From an uncultured Acidobacteriota bacterium (lineage in GTDB: Bacteria; Acidobacteriota; Thermoanaerobaculia; UBA5066; Gp7-AA6): a stretch of 64,000 nucleotides of DNA. The stretch's first letter is position 1; every line of letters starts with the position of its first letter. The position numbers were made by a program, and so were the translations under genes. The notes below the pieces were generated by a model. The model saw nothing but the letters and a program-made list of their open reading frames with translations, did not search any database and had not been told where the DNA came from. This document shows positions 28,061 through 37,195 of the stretch, in pieces. The DNA is taken from the NCBI GenBank assembly GCA_963764715.1, contig CAVXTP010000007.1, positions 11,298 to 75,297 of the forward strand, written 5' to 3'.

Positions 28061-29190
28061 CGCGCGGCCGGGCCGCCGCCCGGCGCCTTCGACGCTCCCG
28101 CGGCGTTGACGACGACGTGCCCCTTCATCGACGCGCCGTGGACCGTGCAGTAGTAATTGAACGAGCCCGCCTGCGTGAACGTGAAGGAATACTGGAAGGG
28201 TCCCGTGTGCGCACCGGAGGCGAAGATCCCGTCGCCTTCGCAGGACCCCGGATCGTAGTAGCCGCCGTTCGTGCACCTTCCGGACGTCACGCCGTGCTGC
28301 ATCGTGCCGTCCCAGACCCAGGTCACCGTGTCGCCGACCTGGACCGTGGTCGTGCTGCTGTGGCTCTGGTCGTCCGTGAAGGCCATGCCCGCCTGTCCCA
28401 CCTGGACGGTGTGGTTGACGGACCCCGCGACGGGCGTGGTGTCCTCGGCGCCGCGCACGAAGATCGGGTCGGTCGTGTTGTTGTCGAGAACGGACGCGTA
28501 GGAGAAGACCTCGCCCGAGGCCGCGACCACGACGAGGGCGTTTTCGGTCGCGTGCGCGGCCTGGCCCGCGACCTCGAAGATCTTGTTGACCTGCACGCCC
28601 GAGTGCCCGGCCACGCTGCGGGTCACGGGGGAGCCGACCGCGACGCCGCCGTCGAAGATCGTGAAGGTCACGTTGACGGAAGCGTCCTCCCGGTTGAACA
28701 CGCCGACGTTGGTCCGGAAGCCCTGGTTCGGGCCGCCGTTGCGGATCGAGGTCAGGACGGACCGGGCATGCGCCTCGGAGTTGTCGAGGCCGGGGATGAA
28801 CATCCCGACGGTCGGCGTCGGGGCGGTCGAGAAGAGCCGGCTCGTCACGACGAGCTGCCCGGCCGCGCCGGTGAACTCGAACTCGACGCCGCCCGCGGTG
28901 TTGGGCGCGAGGAACGTCGCCGCGACCATGTCGTCGAAGGCCCGCGACTCCCGGGGCGCCAGCGTGAACTGGACCTGCGGCGCGCCGACGGCCGAGCACG
29001 GCGACGGGATGAAGCAACGGTAGCGGGCCGTCACGCCGAGGGGCGTCGCGTAAGAGGTGTTGAAGGCGCGAACGTCCGAGAAGAACGGCGCGCCACCGAC
29101 GATCGAGGCGGCCGCCGGAAGCGTGACCTCTTCACCGCGGGCGAGAAGCGTGACGAGCAGGACGCCGAAGCCGAGAAGGATCTTGCGCAT
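28057..29190 (-). CDS. Secreted protein with C-terminal cupredoxin (type-1 copper) domain
   Basis: Signal peptide; VGDTVTWVW...HGVT...YYCTVHGASMKG (His, Cys, His, Met ligands). Confidence 0.85.
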   Translation of the reverse strand: MRKILLGFGVLLVTLLARGEEVTLPAAASIVGGAPFFSDVRAFNTSYATPLGVTARYRCFIPSPCSAVGAPQVQFTLAPRESRAFDDMVAATFLAPNTAGGVEFEFTGAAGQLVVTSRLFSTAPTPTVGMFIPGLDNSEAHARSVLTSIRNGGPNQGFRTNVGVFNREDASVNVTFTIFDGGVAVGSPVTRSVAGHSGVQVNKIFEVAGQAAHATENALVVVAASGEVFSYASVLDNNTTDPIFVRGAEDTTPVAGSVNHTVQVGQAGMAFTDDQSHSSTTTVQVGDTVTWVWDGTMQHGVTSGRCTNGGYYDPGSCEGDGIFASGAHTGPFQYSFTFTQAGSFNYYCTVHGASMKGHVVVNAAGASKAPGGGPAAR

Positions 29191-29289
29191 GGTCTTTTCC
29201 GGCCAGCCGGCCGGACCCCCACGACCGAGGCTATGACCGCTCCGCCGGCCCCCGCCGCGATTTAGGGAACGTTTAGGGCCCGGGCGGGG

Positions 29290-30246
29290 TCAGGGCAGCG
29301 TCGCCAGACCCGTCCGGGGCTGGTACGTCGATCCCGCCGGCAGGACGGCCAGACGCACCCCCGTCGCGCCGAGAACCGAGGTGGCGTTCGGGGTGATCGC
29401 CGCCCCCCGGGCGTCGTAGACGACCGCGACGCTCTCGCCGAGGACCTTCCAGACTCCGGCCGGCCCGACCTCGAGGGCGGTCGATTCGTCGATGCCGATG
29501 CCGACGAGGGAAGGGTTCTCGAGGATGACCGAGATCAGGCGGTTGTTGCGCCGGCGCCGGACGTGGTGCTGGTCGATGACGACGCCCGGAAGGAGTCCGA
29601 ACCCTTCGGCCGTGACGACGTTCTCGCGCGCGATCGTCATGAAGGCGTCGCTCGAGTCCTTCTCGGGAGGCCGGCTTCCGCCGGGGCGGCGTTCGTCCCC
29701 CGTGATCATCGGCGTCGTCATGACGGCGGCGCCCGCGGACGTGCCGCCCACGACTGCGCCGGCCCGGTACCGCCCGGCGATCGCGGCCTGGACCGGGGTG
29801 TGGAGCAGGGCCGCCGTCAGACGCGACTGGTCGCCGCCGCCGAACCAGATTCCGGTGACGCCGTCGAGCCGCCGCGCCGCGCTCTCGGAATCGGCCTCGG
29901 CATGAGTCAAAAGGACCCGTTCGGCCGAGGCCCCGAGCCTGCGGAGGTGCTCGACCATCTCGACACCCGCGTCGGCGGACTCCGACGCCATGGGGAAGAC
30001 GACGATGCGGGCCCTCCCGGCGCCGCCGGCGAGCGCCACGAAGCGCTCGACGATCGAATCCGGGATGGGCCCTCCGCCGACGATCAACAGCGTTCCCTTC
30101 GGCGCCGCGGCCGCGCTCGAGGCGGGCGGCGGCGTGCCGGCGGAACAGGCGAGCACGCCAGCGAGCGCGAGGACGGCCGCGAGGCATCTCGCGTGGCGAC
30201 CCACGTTCGGCGGAACTCTCAACGCGACCTCCTGACCGGAAGTCAT
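29290..30246 (-). CDS. Cyanophycinase-like serine peptidase (S51), probable lipoprotein
   Basis: LIVGGG, GGDQ, GGTSAGA, DQH, GIDE; lipobox-like LAGVLAC. Confidence 0.9.
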   Translation of the reverse strand: MTSGQEVALRVPPNVGRHARCLAAVLALAGVLACSAGTPPPASSAAAAPKGTLLIVGGGPIPDSIVERFVALAGGAGRARIVVFPMASESADAGVEMVEHLRRLGASAERVLLTHAEADSESAARRLDGVTGIWFGGGDQSRLTAALLHTPVQAAIAGRYRAGAVVGGTSAGAAVMTTPMITGDERRPGGSRPPEKDSSDAFMTIARENVVTAEGFGLLPGVVIDQHHVRRRRNNRLISVILENPSLVGIGIDESTALEVGPAGVWKVLGESVAVVYDARGAAITPNATSVLGATGVRLAVLPAGSTYQPRTGLATLP

Positions 30247-30465
30247 CGGCCTCCGGAAAGCCCATCATCGCGTACGCGATTTTGAATTCTCGCCGCGCGA
30301 GCGCTTTCGCACGTTTCGCTCTTTACGCGGCGTGAAACCGCGATAGCATAAATGCAACTTTCAACGGGAGCCGTCCACTCGATCTCGGAGGCGTGCGCGC
30401 ACGATGAGTCGAAGCCACTGGAACGCGGCGGAGTTTCTCGCTTTTCTTTGAGGAGGAGGTCGCCT

Positions 30466-33450
30466 ATGGGAAGGTCCTATCTCGCTCGAGTGCTGATCTG
30501 GTTCGTGGCGCTCGCGGGCCTCGGACTCCACGCCCTCGCGCAGACGAACACCGGCAACATCTACGGCACCGTCGTCGATGATCAGAACAACGGTCTGCCG
30601 GGCGGCACCGTTCTCCTCGAAGGCCCTCAGGCGCCGCGCACGACCACGGTCGACGCGGGCGGGCGGTTCCGGTTCCTCAGGATCCCGGGCGGGACCTACA
30701 CGATCACGGTGACGATGCCGAGCTTCACGACCGCCAAGCGCGAGAACGTGATCGTCACGCTCGGCAAGGACACCGACGTCGGCATCCAGCTGCGGCTGTC
30801 TTCCATCCAGGAGACGGTGACGGTCACCGATACGACCCCGCTCCTCGACACGCGCAAGGTCCAGACGGGCGCGACGTTTGGAAAGACCGAGCTCGAAGAG
30901 ATCCCGACCGCCCGCGACATCTACGCCCTGATCCAGCAGGTGCCCGGCGTGCAGCTCGACACCGTCAACATCGCGGGCAACGCGAGCGCGGTGGCGGGAG
31001 GGCCCGACTTCATCAGCAAGGGCTCGGGCAACGTCACCTACCAGGTCGACGGATCGACGATCACCGACAACACCTACGGGAACCCGCTCGGCCGGCAGAA
31101 CGGGGGCACGAACACGTTCTTCGACTACTCGACCTTCGACGACGTCGAGGTGACGACGGGCGGCTCGCTGCTCGAGCTCCAGAACCCCGGTGTGCAGATC
31201 AACGTCGTGACCAAGCGGGGTACGAACGAGCTCAAGGGCTCGGCCCGCTTCCTTTACGCCTCGGCCAACTGGCAGTCGAACAACGAATCCCAGGAGGCCC
31301 TCGACCAGGGGTTCCAGACCAACAAGACGCGCTTCATCCGCGAGTACGGCGGCGAGCTCGGCGGACCGATCATCCACGACAAGCTGTGGCTGTGGGCCGC
31401 CGGCTCCCGGCAGGACATCTCCGTCCAGACGACTCAACCGACGGCGGCCGAGGGCTCTTATTCCCAGACGGTGACCCTCGCTCCGTGGTCGGCGAAACTG
31501 AACTGGCAGGTGAGCTCTCCGAACTCCCTGAACGCCTACTTCTCGCGCAGCAACCGGATCGAGGACGGCCGGATCTCCAGCGCGAACGTCACGACGCGTT
31601 CGCCCGAGACCTGGACGAACCTCAACATCCCCACGAACTTCTACAAGCTCGAAGACAACCACGTGTTCTCGGCGTCCCTCTTCGCCTCGGTCTTCGCGAA
31701 CTACCAGGGGGTGGTCTACAACGACGTGCCGCGCGGCGGCCTCGACGCCCAGATCGACTACTACGACGGCGTCTGGCACAACACCTGGAACTACTTCTTC
31801 GCCAAGGACCCCCAGAAGGCGGCGAACCTGCAGGTGTCGAAGTTCTTCAACACCGGCAACGTGAACCACGAGGTCAAGTTCAGCTTCAACTACCGAAACC
31901 AGATCGCCGACTCGGCGACGGGCCTTCCCGGCGACCAGCTCCAGGGCCAGGAGTACACCTCCTCGGCCTACGCGCTCGTCTCCCGCGGCGTCCGCACGAC
32001 CTACACCACCAACTACTGGACGGGCACGCTCGGCGACACGGTCACCTGGGGCAACCTGACGGTCAATGCCGGCATCCGGTACGATCTCCAGCAATCGCGC
32101 AACCTGCCGGGGCAGTCCTTCGGCAATGAGGTGTTCCCGGAGATCCTGCCGACCGTCAACTTCCACGGCGTCCAGGACTGGCAGTTCGAGTACACCAACT
32201 GGCAGCCGCGCATCTCGGCGACGTACGCGCTCGGCGAGAAGAAGAACACCCTGTTGCGGGCCTCGTATGCGAGCTATGCCGACCAGCTCGGCTACATCTC
32301 GTATTACGGAAGCGGCGTCCCGATAGCCAACGGCTATTACTACTACTGGGACGACATCAACGGAGACCACCACGTCGACCGGAACGAGGTCCTGATCGAC
32401 GATGGGATCTACTCGTTCTACAACGGGGTCGATCCCGCGACGCTTCCGAACATACCCAACCAGGTCCAGGACGGCTTCAAGACGCCGTACACGTCCGAAG
32501 TGACGGCGGGCATCGACCAGCAGATCTTCAACGACTTCGCCGTCTCGGGGACGTTCACGTATCGCAACACGACCCACCTGCAGGACTCGATTCCGCTGGG
32601 CTCGAGCGCCGGGACGTACGACTACCTCGGCAACGTCACCGGAACGGCGGTTTACGACAACGCGTCGAATCCGTTCGTCCTCGACTTCTCGGTGCCCTGC
32701 GTCCCGCTCCAGGCGGCGAGCGCTCCGTGCGGCCCGGGGGCGTACGGGCTCAATCTTCCGGAGGCTCCCGCCGGAAATCTTTTCTACAACCGCCCGGAGG
32801 CGAGCCAGCGTTTCTTCGGGGCCGAGTTCTCGGCCGTCAAGCGACTATCGAACCGCTGGATGCTGCGCGGGTCGTTCGGCTGGCAAAGCTTCAAGCAGTA
32901 CATCACGCCGCAGTCGGTGACCAATCCGAACAACCTCTGGGCCTCGGGCGGCCAGAACCAGAACGGCGTGCCCGCGGTCGGTTACTCGTCCAAGGCCTAC
33001 GTCTTCATCGGCGCCGACTGGCAGTTCAACGTCACCGGCCTCTACCAGGGCCCGTGGGGCATCAATCTCGGCGCCAATTTCTACGGGCGCCAGGGATACC
33101 CGATGCCCTACTACGTCCGGGCGCGAACCCGGGACGTCCTGAATCAGCGGGTCAACCTCCTGATCGGCTCGGTCGACACGGTCCGGCTCGACAACGTGTA
33201 CAACTTCGACCTGCGCCTCGAGAAGGCGTTCAAGATCGGGCCGGTGACGGCGACGGCCGCGGCGGAGGTCTTCAACGTGGCCAACTCCAACACCGTTCTG
33301 CAGCGGTACGCGCGCGCCGGCAACTGGGACGTGCGGGACTACGACCCGGCCAATCCCAATGCCGCATTCGAGCAGGACCCGAACTTCAACTACATTCAGG
33401 AGACCCTGAGCCCGCGCATCCTGCGGCTGGGCATCCGGGTTTCGTTCTAG
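30466..33450 (+). CDS. TonB-dependent outer-membrane receptor (Oar-like, carboxypeptidase-regulatory N-domain)
   Basis: AGGAGGAGG RBS; GNIYGTVVD, INVVTKRGTN, PRISATY, C-terminal PRILRLGIRVSF. Confidence 0.93.
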   Translation: MGRSYLARVLIWFVALAGLGLHALAQTNTGNIYGTVVDDQNNGLPGGTVLLEGPQAPRTTTVDAGGRFRFLRIPGGTYTITVTMPSFTTAKRENVIVTLGKDTDVGIQLRLSSIQETVTVTDTTPLLDTRKVQTGATFGKTELEEIPTARDIYALIQQVPGVQLDTVNIAGNASAVAGGPDFISKGSGNVTYQVDGSTITDNTYGNPLGRQNGGTNTFFDYSTFDDVEVTTGGSLLELQNPGVQINVVTKRGTNELKGSARFLYASANWQSNNESQEALDQGFQTNKTRFIREYGGELGGPIIHDKLWLWAAGSRQDISVQTTQPTAAEGSYSQTVTLAPWSAKLNWQVSSPNSLNAYFSRSNRIEDGRISSANVTTRSPETWTNLNIPTNFYKLEDNHVFSASLFASVFANYQGVVYNDVPRGGLDAQIDYYDGVWHNTWNYFFAKDPQKAANLQVSKFFNTGNVNHEVKFSFNYRNQIADSATGLPGDQLQGQEYTSSAYALVSRGVRTTYTTNYWTGTLGDTVTWGNLTVNAGIRYDLQQSRNLPGQSFGNEVFPEILPTVNFHGVQDWQFEYTNWQPRISATYALGEKKNTLLRASYASYADQLGYISYYGSGVPIANGYYYYWDDINGDHHVDRNEVLIDDGIYSFYNGVDPATLPNIPNQVQDGFKTPYTSEVTAGIDQQIFNDFAVSGTFTYRNTTHLQDSIPLGSSAGTYDYLGNVTGTAVYDNASNPFVLDFSVPCVPLQAASAPCGPGAYGLNLPEAPAGNLFYNRPEASQRFFGAEFSAVKRLSNRWMLRGSFGWQSFKQYITPQSVTNPNNLWASGGQNQNGVPAVGYSSKAYVFIGADWQFNVTGLYQGPWGINLGANFYGRQGYPMPYYVRARTRDVLNQRVNLLIGSVDTVRLDNVYNFDLRLEKAFKIGPVTATAAAEVFNVANSNTVLQRYARAGNWDVRDYDPANPNAAFEQDPNFNYIQETLSPRILRLGIRVSF

Positions 33451-33469
33451 AGTCCGCGCTCTCTCTTCG

Positions 33470-33509
33470 GAGGCCCGCCCGGGAATTCCGGGCGGGCCTC
33501 TCGGTTTTT
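33470..33509 (+). terminator. Rho-independent terminator
   Basis: 13-bp stem GAGGCCCGCCCGG/CCGGGCGGGCCTC, then TCGGTTTTT. Confidence 0.75.
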
Positions 33510-33517
33510 CTGCCGGG

Positions 33518-35617
33518 ATGAAACGCCGCCTCGCCGTCGTCCTCCTCGCTTGCGCGGCGGCCGCCTGCCGGCGCGAGAGCCCCTCCGCCGCGGGACCGCC
33601 GGTGGTCCGGGCCCCCGGCCCGCGGGTCCCGCGCGACGTCGTTCTCATCACGATCGATACGCTCCGCTACGACGCCACGGGATTCGACGGCAACCCGAAC
33701 GGCACGACGCCGAACCTCGACCGCTTCGCCGGAGAGGGCCGCGTGTTCACGCAGGCCCACTCGCACAATGTCGTGACGCTGCCCTCGCACACGAACATCC
33801 TGACGGGGATGCTCCCATACCAGCACGGCGTGCGGGAGAACGCGGGCTTCAAGCTCTCCCCGAAGATCGACACCGTGGCGACGCGCCTCAAGGCGAAGGG
33901 CTACGCGACCGGCGCCTTCGTCGGCGCCTTCGTTCTCGACTCGCGCTACGGCCTCGCGCGCGGCTTCGACGTCTACGACGAACTCTACAGGCACCTCGAC
34001 GAACAGCTCGACTTCAACATCCAGCAGGCCCGCGGCGAGGACGTGGTCAAGGCCGCCCTCGAGTGGTACCAGGAACAGGCCGGCAAGCCGCGCTTTCTGT
34101 GGGTCCACGTCTACGACCCCCACGCGCCGTACGAGCCGCCGGCTCCCTACGCCGACCGCTTCGAGGACAAGTACCTCGGCGAGGTGGCCTACGCCGACGG
34201 CGCCCTGGCGCCCCTGCTCTCGGCGGTGCGTGCGGTCGATCCGCCGCCGCTTCTCGTCGTGACCGGCGACCACGGCGAAGCCCGCGGCGATCACGGCGAG
34301 CTCACCCACGGCCTGTTCTGCTACGAGGCGACACTCCACATTCCACTCATGATGTGGTGCCCCCCATTGCTTCCTCCCGGCAAGGACGCCGTCCCGGCCC
34401 GCCACGTCGACATCGTGCCCACGATGCTCGACGCGATCGGCGAGGCGCCCGTCGCGGAGCTGCCCGGCCAGTCGCTGCTGCCGCCGGGCCGACGGGAGGG
34501 CGAGGCCGGAAACTACTTCGAGGCCCTGTCGGCCTCCTTCAACCGGGGCTGGGCGCCGCTGCGGGGGCTGCTCTCCGGGGGCAGCAAGTACATCGAGCTG
34601 CCTCTGCCCGAGCTCTACGACGTCCCGAAGGACCCGGCCGAGGCGAACAATCTCCTGTCCTCGGCGCCCGACGCGCTGCGGCGCCTGCGCAAGCGGCTCA
34701 TGGAGCTTCCCACGGCCGTCATGGACCGGGGAACGGTCGGCGCGGAAGAGGCCGCGAAGCTGCGGAGCCTCGGATACCTCGCCGGCTCGGACGAAAAGAA
34801 GGCGAGCTACGGCCCCGCCGACGATCCCAAGAACCTCGTCGGCGTCGACCGAAAGATCCACCTGTACGTCGGCGCCTACGAATCGAAGGACTACGACGAG
34901 GCCCTGCGCCTGGCAAAGGAACTCGTCGCCGAGAACCCGAAGATGAAGCTCGGATACCAGCACCTCGCCACGGCCCAGCAGGCGCGGGGCGACCTCGAGG
35001 CGGCCGTCCGGACCTTCGACAAGGCCACCGCCAACGGAGTCGGCGGGGAGAGCACCGACCGGCGCAAGGCCCTCATCCTGTCCGAGCTCGGCCGTCCGGC
35101 GGAAGCCGTCAAGGTGCTCGCGCCCTACGAGGAGACCGAAGATCCGGAAACGCTCAACTCGCTCGGCATCGCGCTCTCAGACGCCGGCCGAGCGAAGGAG
35201 GCGCTAACGGTCTTCGGACGGTCGCTCGAGATCGATCCGTCCAACATCGACGCCTACCAGAACATCGGCATCGCCTACCTGCGGCTGAACCAGAACGAGG
35301 AGGCGAAGAAGTACCTCGAGCAGGCGATCGCGCGCGGCAAGCGGCACGTCCGCGCCTGGAACGCGCTCGGGGTGGCCTGCCTGCGCCTGGGCGACCCGCG
35401 TCGGGCGGTCGAGAGCTGGCAGAAGGCCGTGGAGCTCAACCCCGAGCAGTACGATGCGCTCTACAACATCGGCCGCGTCGCCGGCCAGGTGGGCGACTGG
35501 AAGACCGCCCGGGCCGCACTCGAACGGTTCGTGAGCACGGCCCCGCCGAAGCAGTACGCCCGCGACCTGCGGGAAGTCCGTGCCGCGCTCGCCGACATGT
35601 CCCGCCGCGGCCTCTGA
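33518..35617 (+). CDS. Sulfatase-like hydrolase/transferase with C-terminal TPR repeats, probable lipoprotein
   Basis: LITIDTLRYD, VTLPSHTN, DPHAPY, GDHGE, LRSLGYL, TPR helices. Confidence 0.9.
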   Translation: MKRRLAVVLLACAAAACRRESPSAAGPPVVRAPGPRVPRDVVLITIDTLRYDATGFDGNPNGTTPNLDRFAGEGRVFTQAHSHNVVTLPSHTNILTGMLPYQHGVRENAGFKLSPKIDTVATRLKAKGYATGAFVGAFVLDSRYGLARGFDVYDELYRHLDEQLDFNIQQARGEDVVKAALEWYQEQAGKPRFLWVHVYDPHAPYEPPAPYADRFEDKYLGEVAYADGALAPLLSAVRAVDPPPLLVVTGDHGEARGDHGELTHGLFCYEATLHIPLMMWCPPLLPPGKDAVPARHVDIVPTMLDAIGEAPVAELPGQSLLPPGRREGEAGNYFEALSASFNRGWAPLRGLLSGGSKYIELPLPELYDVPKDPAEANNLLSSAPDALRRLRKRLMELPTAVMDRGTVGAEEAAKLRSLGYLAGSDEKKASYGPADDPKNLVGVDRKIHLYVGAYESKDYDEALRLAKELVAENPKMKLGYQHLATAQQARGDLEAAVRTFDKATANGVGGESTDRRKALILSELGRPAEAVKVLAPYEETEDPETLNSLGIALSDAGRAKEALTVFGRSLEIDPSNIDAYQNIGIAYLRLNQNEEAKKYLEQAIARGKRHVRAWNALGVACLRLGDPRRAVESWQKAVELNPEQYDALYNIGRVAGQVGDWKTARAALERFVSTAPPKQYARDLREVRAALADMSRRGL

Positions 35618-35639
35618 TTCCCCATAGAATCCCCGACCT

Positions 35640-37148
35640 ATGAAGTATCTGCTGAGACTCCTCGGCGCGGCGGCCGTCTCCGCCGGCCTCGCTCGGGCGG
35701 CGGAGCCGCCGACGACCTGGGTCATCGCGGGCGCCAAGGTCGCGGACGGGACGGGGGCGCCGCTCGTCGCGCAGGACGTGCGTGTCGACGGCGACCGCAT
35801 CGTGGCCGTGGGGAAGATCTCGCGCCTTCCCGGAGAGCGCATCGTCGACGGAACGGGCCTCGTCCTGTCCCCCGGATTCATCGACGTCCACAATCACTCG
35901 GAAACCGGCCTCGTGAAGGACCCGATGGCGGAATCGCAGGTCTCGCAGGGCATCACGACGCTCGTCATCGGGCCCGACGGCGAATCGCCCTGGCCGATCG
36001 GCGAGTACCTCGATGCGCGGCGCAAGTCGCCGCCTTCGGTCAACGTCATGACGATGGTCGGCCACGCGACCGTTCGCGAGCTCGTCATGGGCAAGGACTA
36101 CCGGCGCGTCGCGACGCCCGAAGAAGTCGCGAAGATGGCGGCGCTCGTCGAGCAGGGGATGCGCGAGGGCGGTGCGGGCCTCTCCTCCGGCCTCGAATAC
36201 GACATGGGCAGTTACGCCGCGACCGAGGAGCTCATCGCGCTCGGAAAGGCGTCGGCCCGCTACGGCGGCTTCTACATGACGCACGTGCGGGACGAAGCCG
36301 AGAAGACCTTCGCCGCATTCGAAGAGGCCATCGCGATCGGCGAGAAGGGGGGGCTCCCCCTCGAGATCTCCCACATCAAGCTCGGAACGGTCGGGGTCTG
36401 GGGAAAGACGAAGGAGGCGATCGCATTGATCGACGCGGCGCGCGCCCGCGGCTTCGATGCCACCGCCGACTGCTATCCGTACGAGGCCTGGCATTCGAAC
36501 CTCGAGGTCATCGTTCCCGACAAGCAGTACGACAACACCGAGAGCGTCGGCGAGGCGATTCGCGTGCTCGGCGGTCCCACGCGGATCACCGTGACCGCCT
36601 GCAAGGCCCATCCGAACTACGCCGGCAAGAACCTCGAGGAGATCGCGAAACTGGAGGGAATGACGCCGGTCGCCCTGTACTCGAAGATGGTCAAGGAAGG
36701 CGGCGCGGACATCATCGGCCACTCGATGAAGGAAGAGGACGTCCTCGCCCTCTACAGGCAGCCGTGGGTCATGGTCGCCTCCGACGGCGGCATCGACAAC
36801 GACCACCCGCGGGGCGCTGGCACCTTCCCGCGCGTGCTCGGCCGCTTCGTGCGCGAGAAGCACCTCTTCACGCTCGAGGAGGCGGTCCGCAAGATGACGT
36901 CGCTGCCGGCCTCGCGGATGAAGCTCGCCGACCGCGGCCGGATCGCCCCCGGGATGAAGGCCGACCTCGTCCTCTTCGATCCCGCGACCGTCATCGACCG
37001 CTCGACGTTCGCGGAGCCGCGCCGGCTCGCGGACGGCATCGTCCTGACGGTCGTCAACGGCGAGGCGGTCTGGAAGGACCGGAAGACGACGGGGGCGAAG
37101 CCCGGACGAGTCCTGACCCTGGCGGGAAACGCGATCGAGGCGAAGTAG
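35640..37148 (+). CDS. N-acyl-D-amino-acid deacylase family amidohydrolase, secreted
   Basis: PGFIDVHNHS, THVRDE, ISHIK, ASDG, HPRGAGTFPRVLG. Confidence 0.92.
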   Translation: MKYLLRLLGAAAVSAGLARAAEPPTTWVIAGAKVADGTGAPLVAQDVRVDGDRIVAVGKISRLPGERIVDGTGLVLSPGFIDVHNHSETGLVKDPMAESQVSQGITTLVIGPDGESPWPIGEYLDARRKSPPSVNVMTMVGHATVRELVMGKDYRRVATPEEVAKMAALVEQGMREGGAGLSSGLEYDMGSYAATEELIALGKASARYGGFYMTHVRDEAEKTFAAFEEAIAIGEKGGLPLEISHIKLGTVGVWGKTKEAIALIDAARARGFDATADCYPYEAWHSNLEVIVPDKQYDNTESVGEAIRVLGGPTRITVTACKAHPNYAGKNLEEIAKLEGMTPVALYSKMVKEGGADIIGHSMKEEDVLALYRQPWVMVASDGGIDNDHPRGAGTFPRVLGRFVREKHLFTLEEAVRKMTSLPASRMKLADRGRIAPGMKADLVLFDPATVIDRSTFAEPRRLADGIVLTVVNGEAVWKDRKTTGAKPGRVLTLAGNAIEAK

Positions 37149-37195
37149 AATCGGCGTCCCGCCGGGGCCGATCGGCACTTCGGGCCCGGAGGAAC

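Noticed and set aside
29286-29294. GGGGTCAGG (also GGGGTCA at 59605-59611) as further transposon arms
   Set aside because: Match ends after 7-9 nt and has no inverted partner
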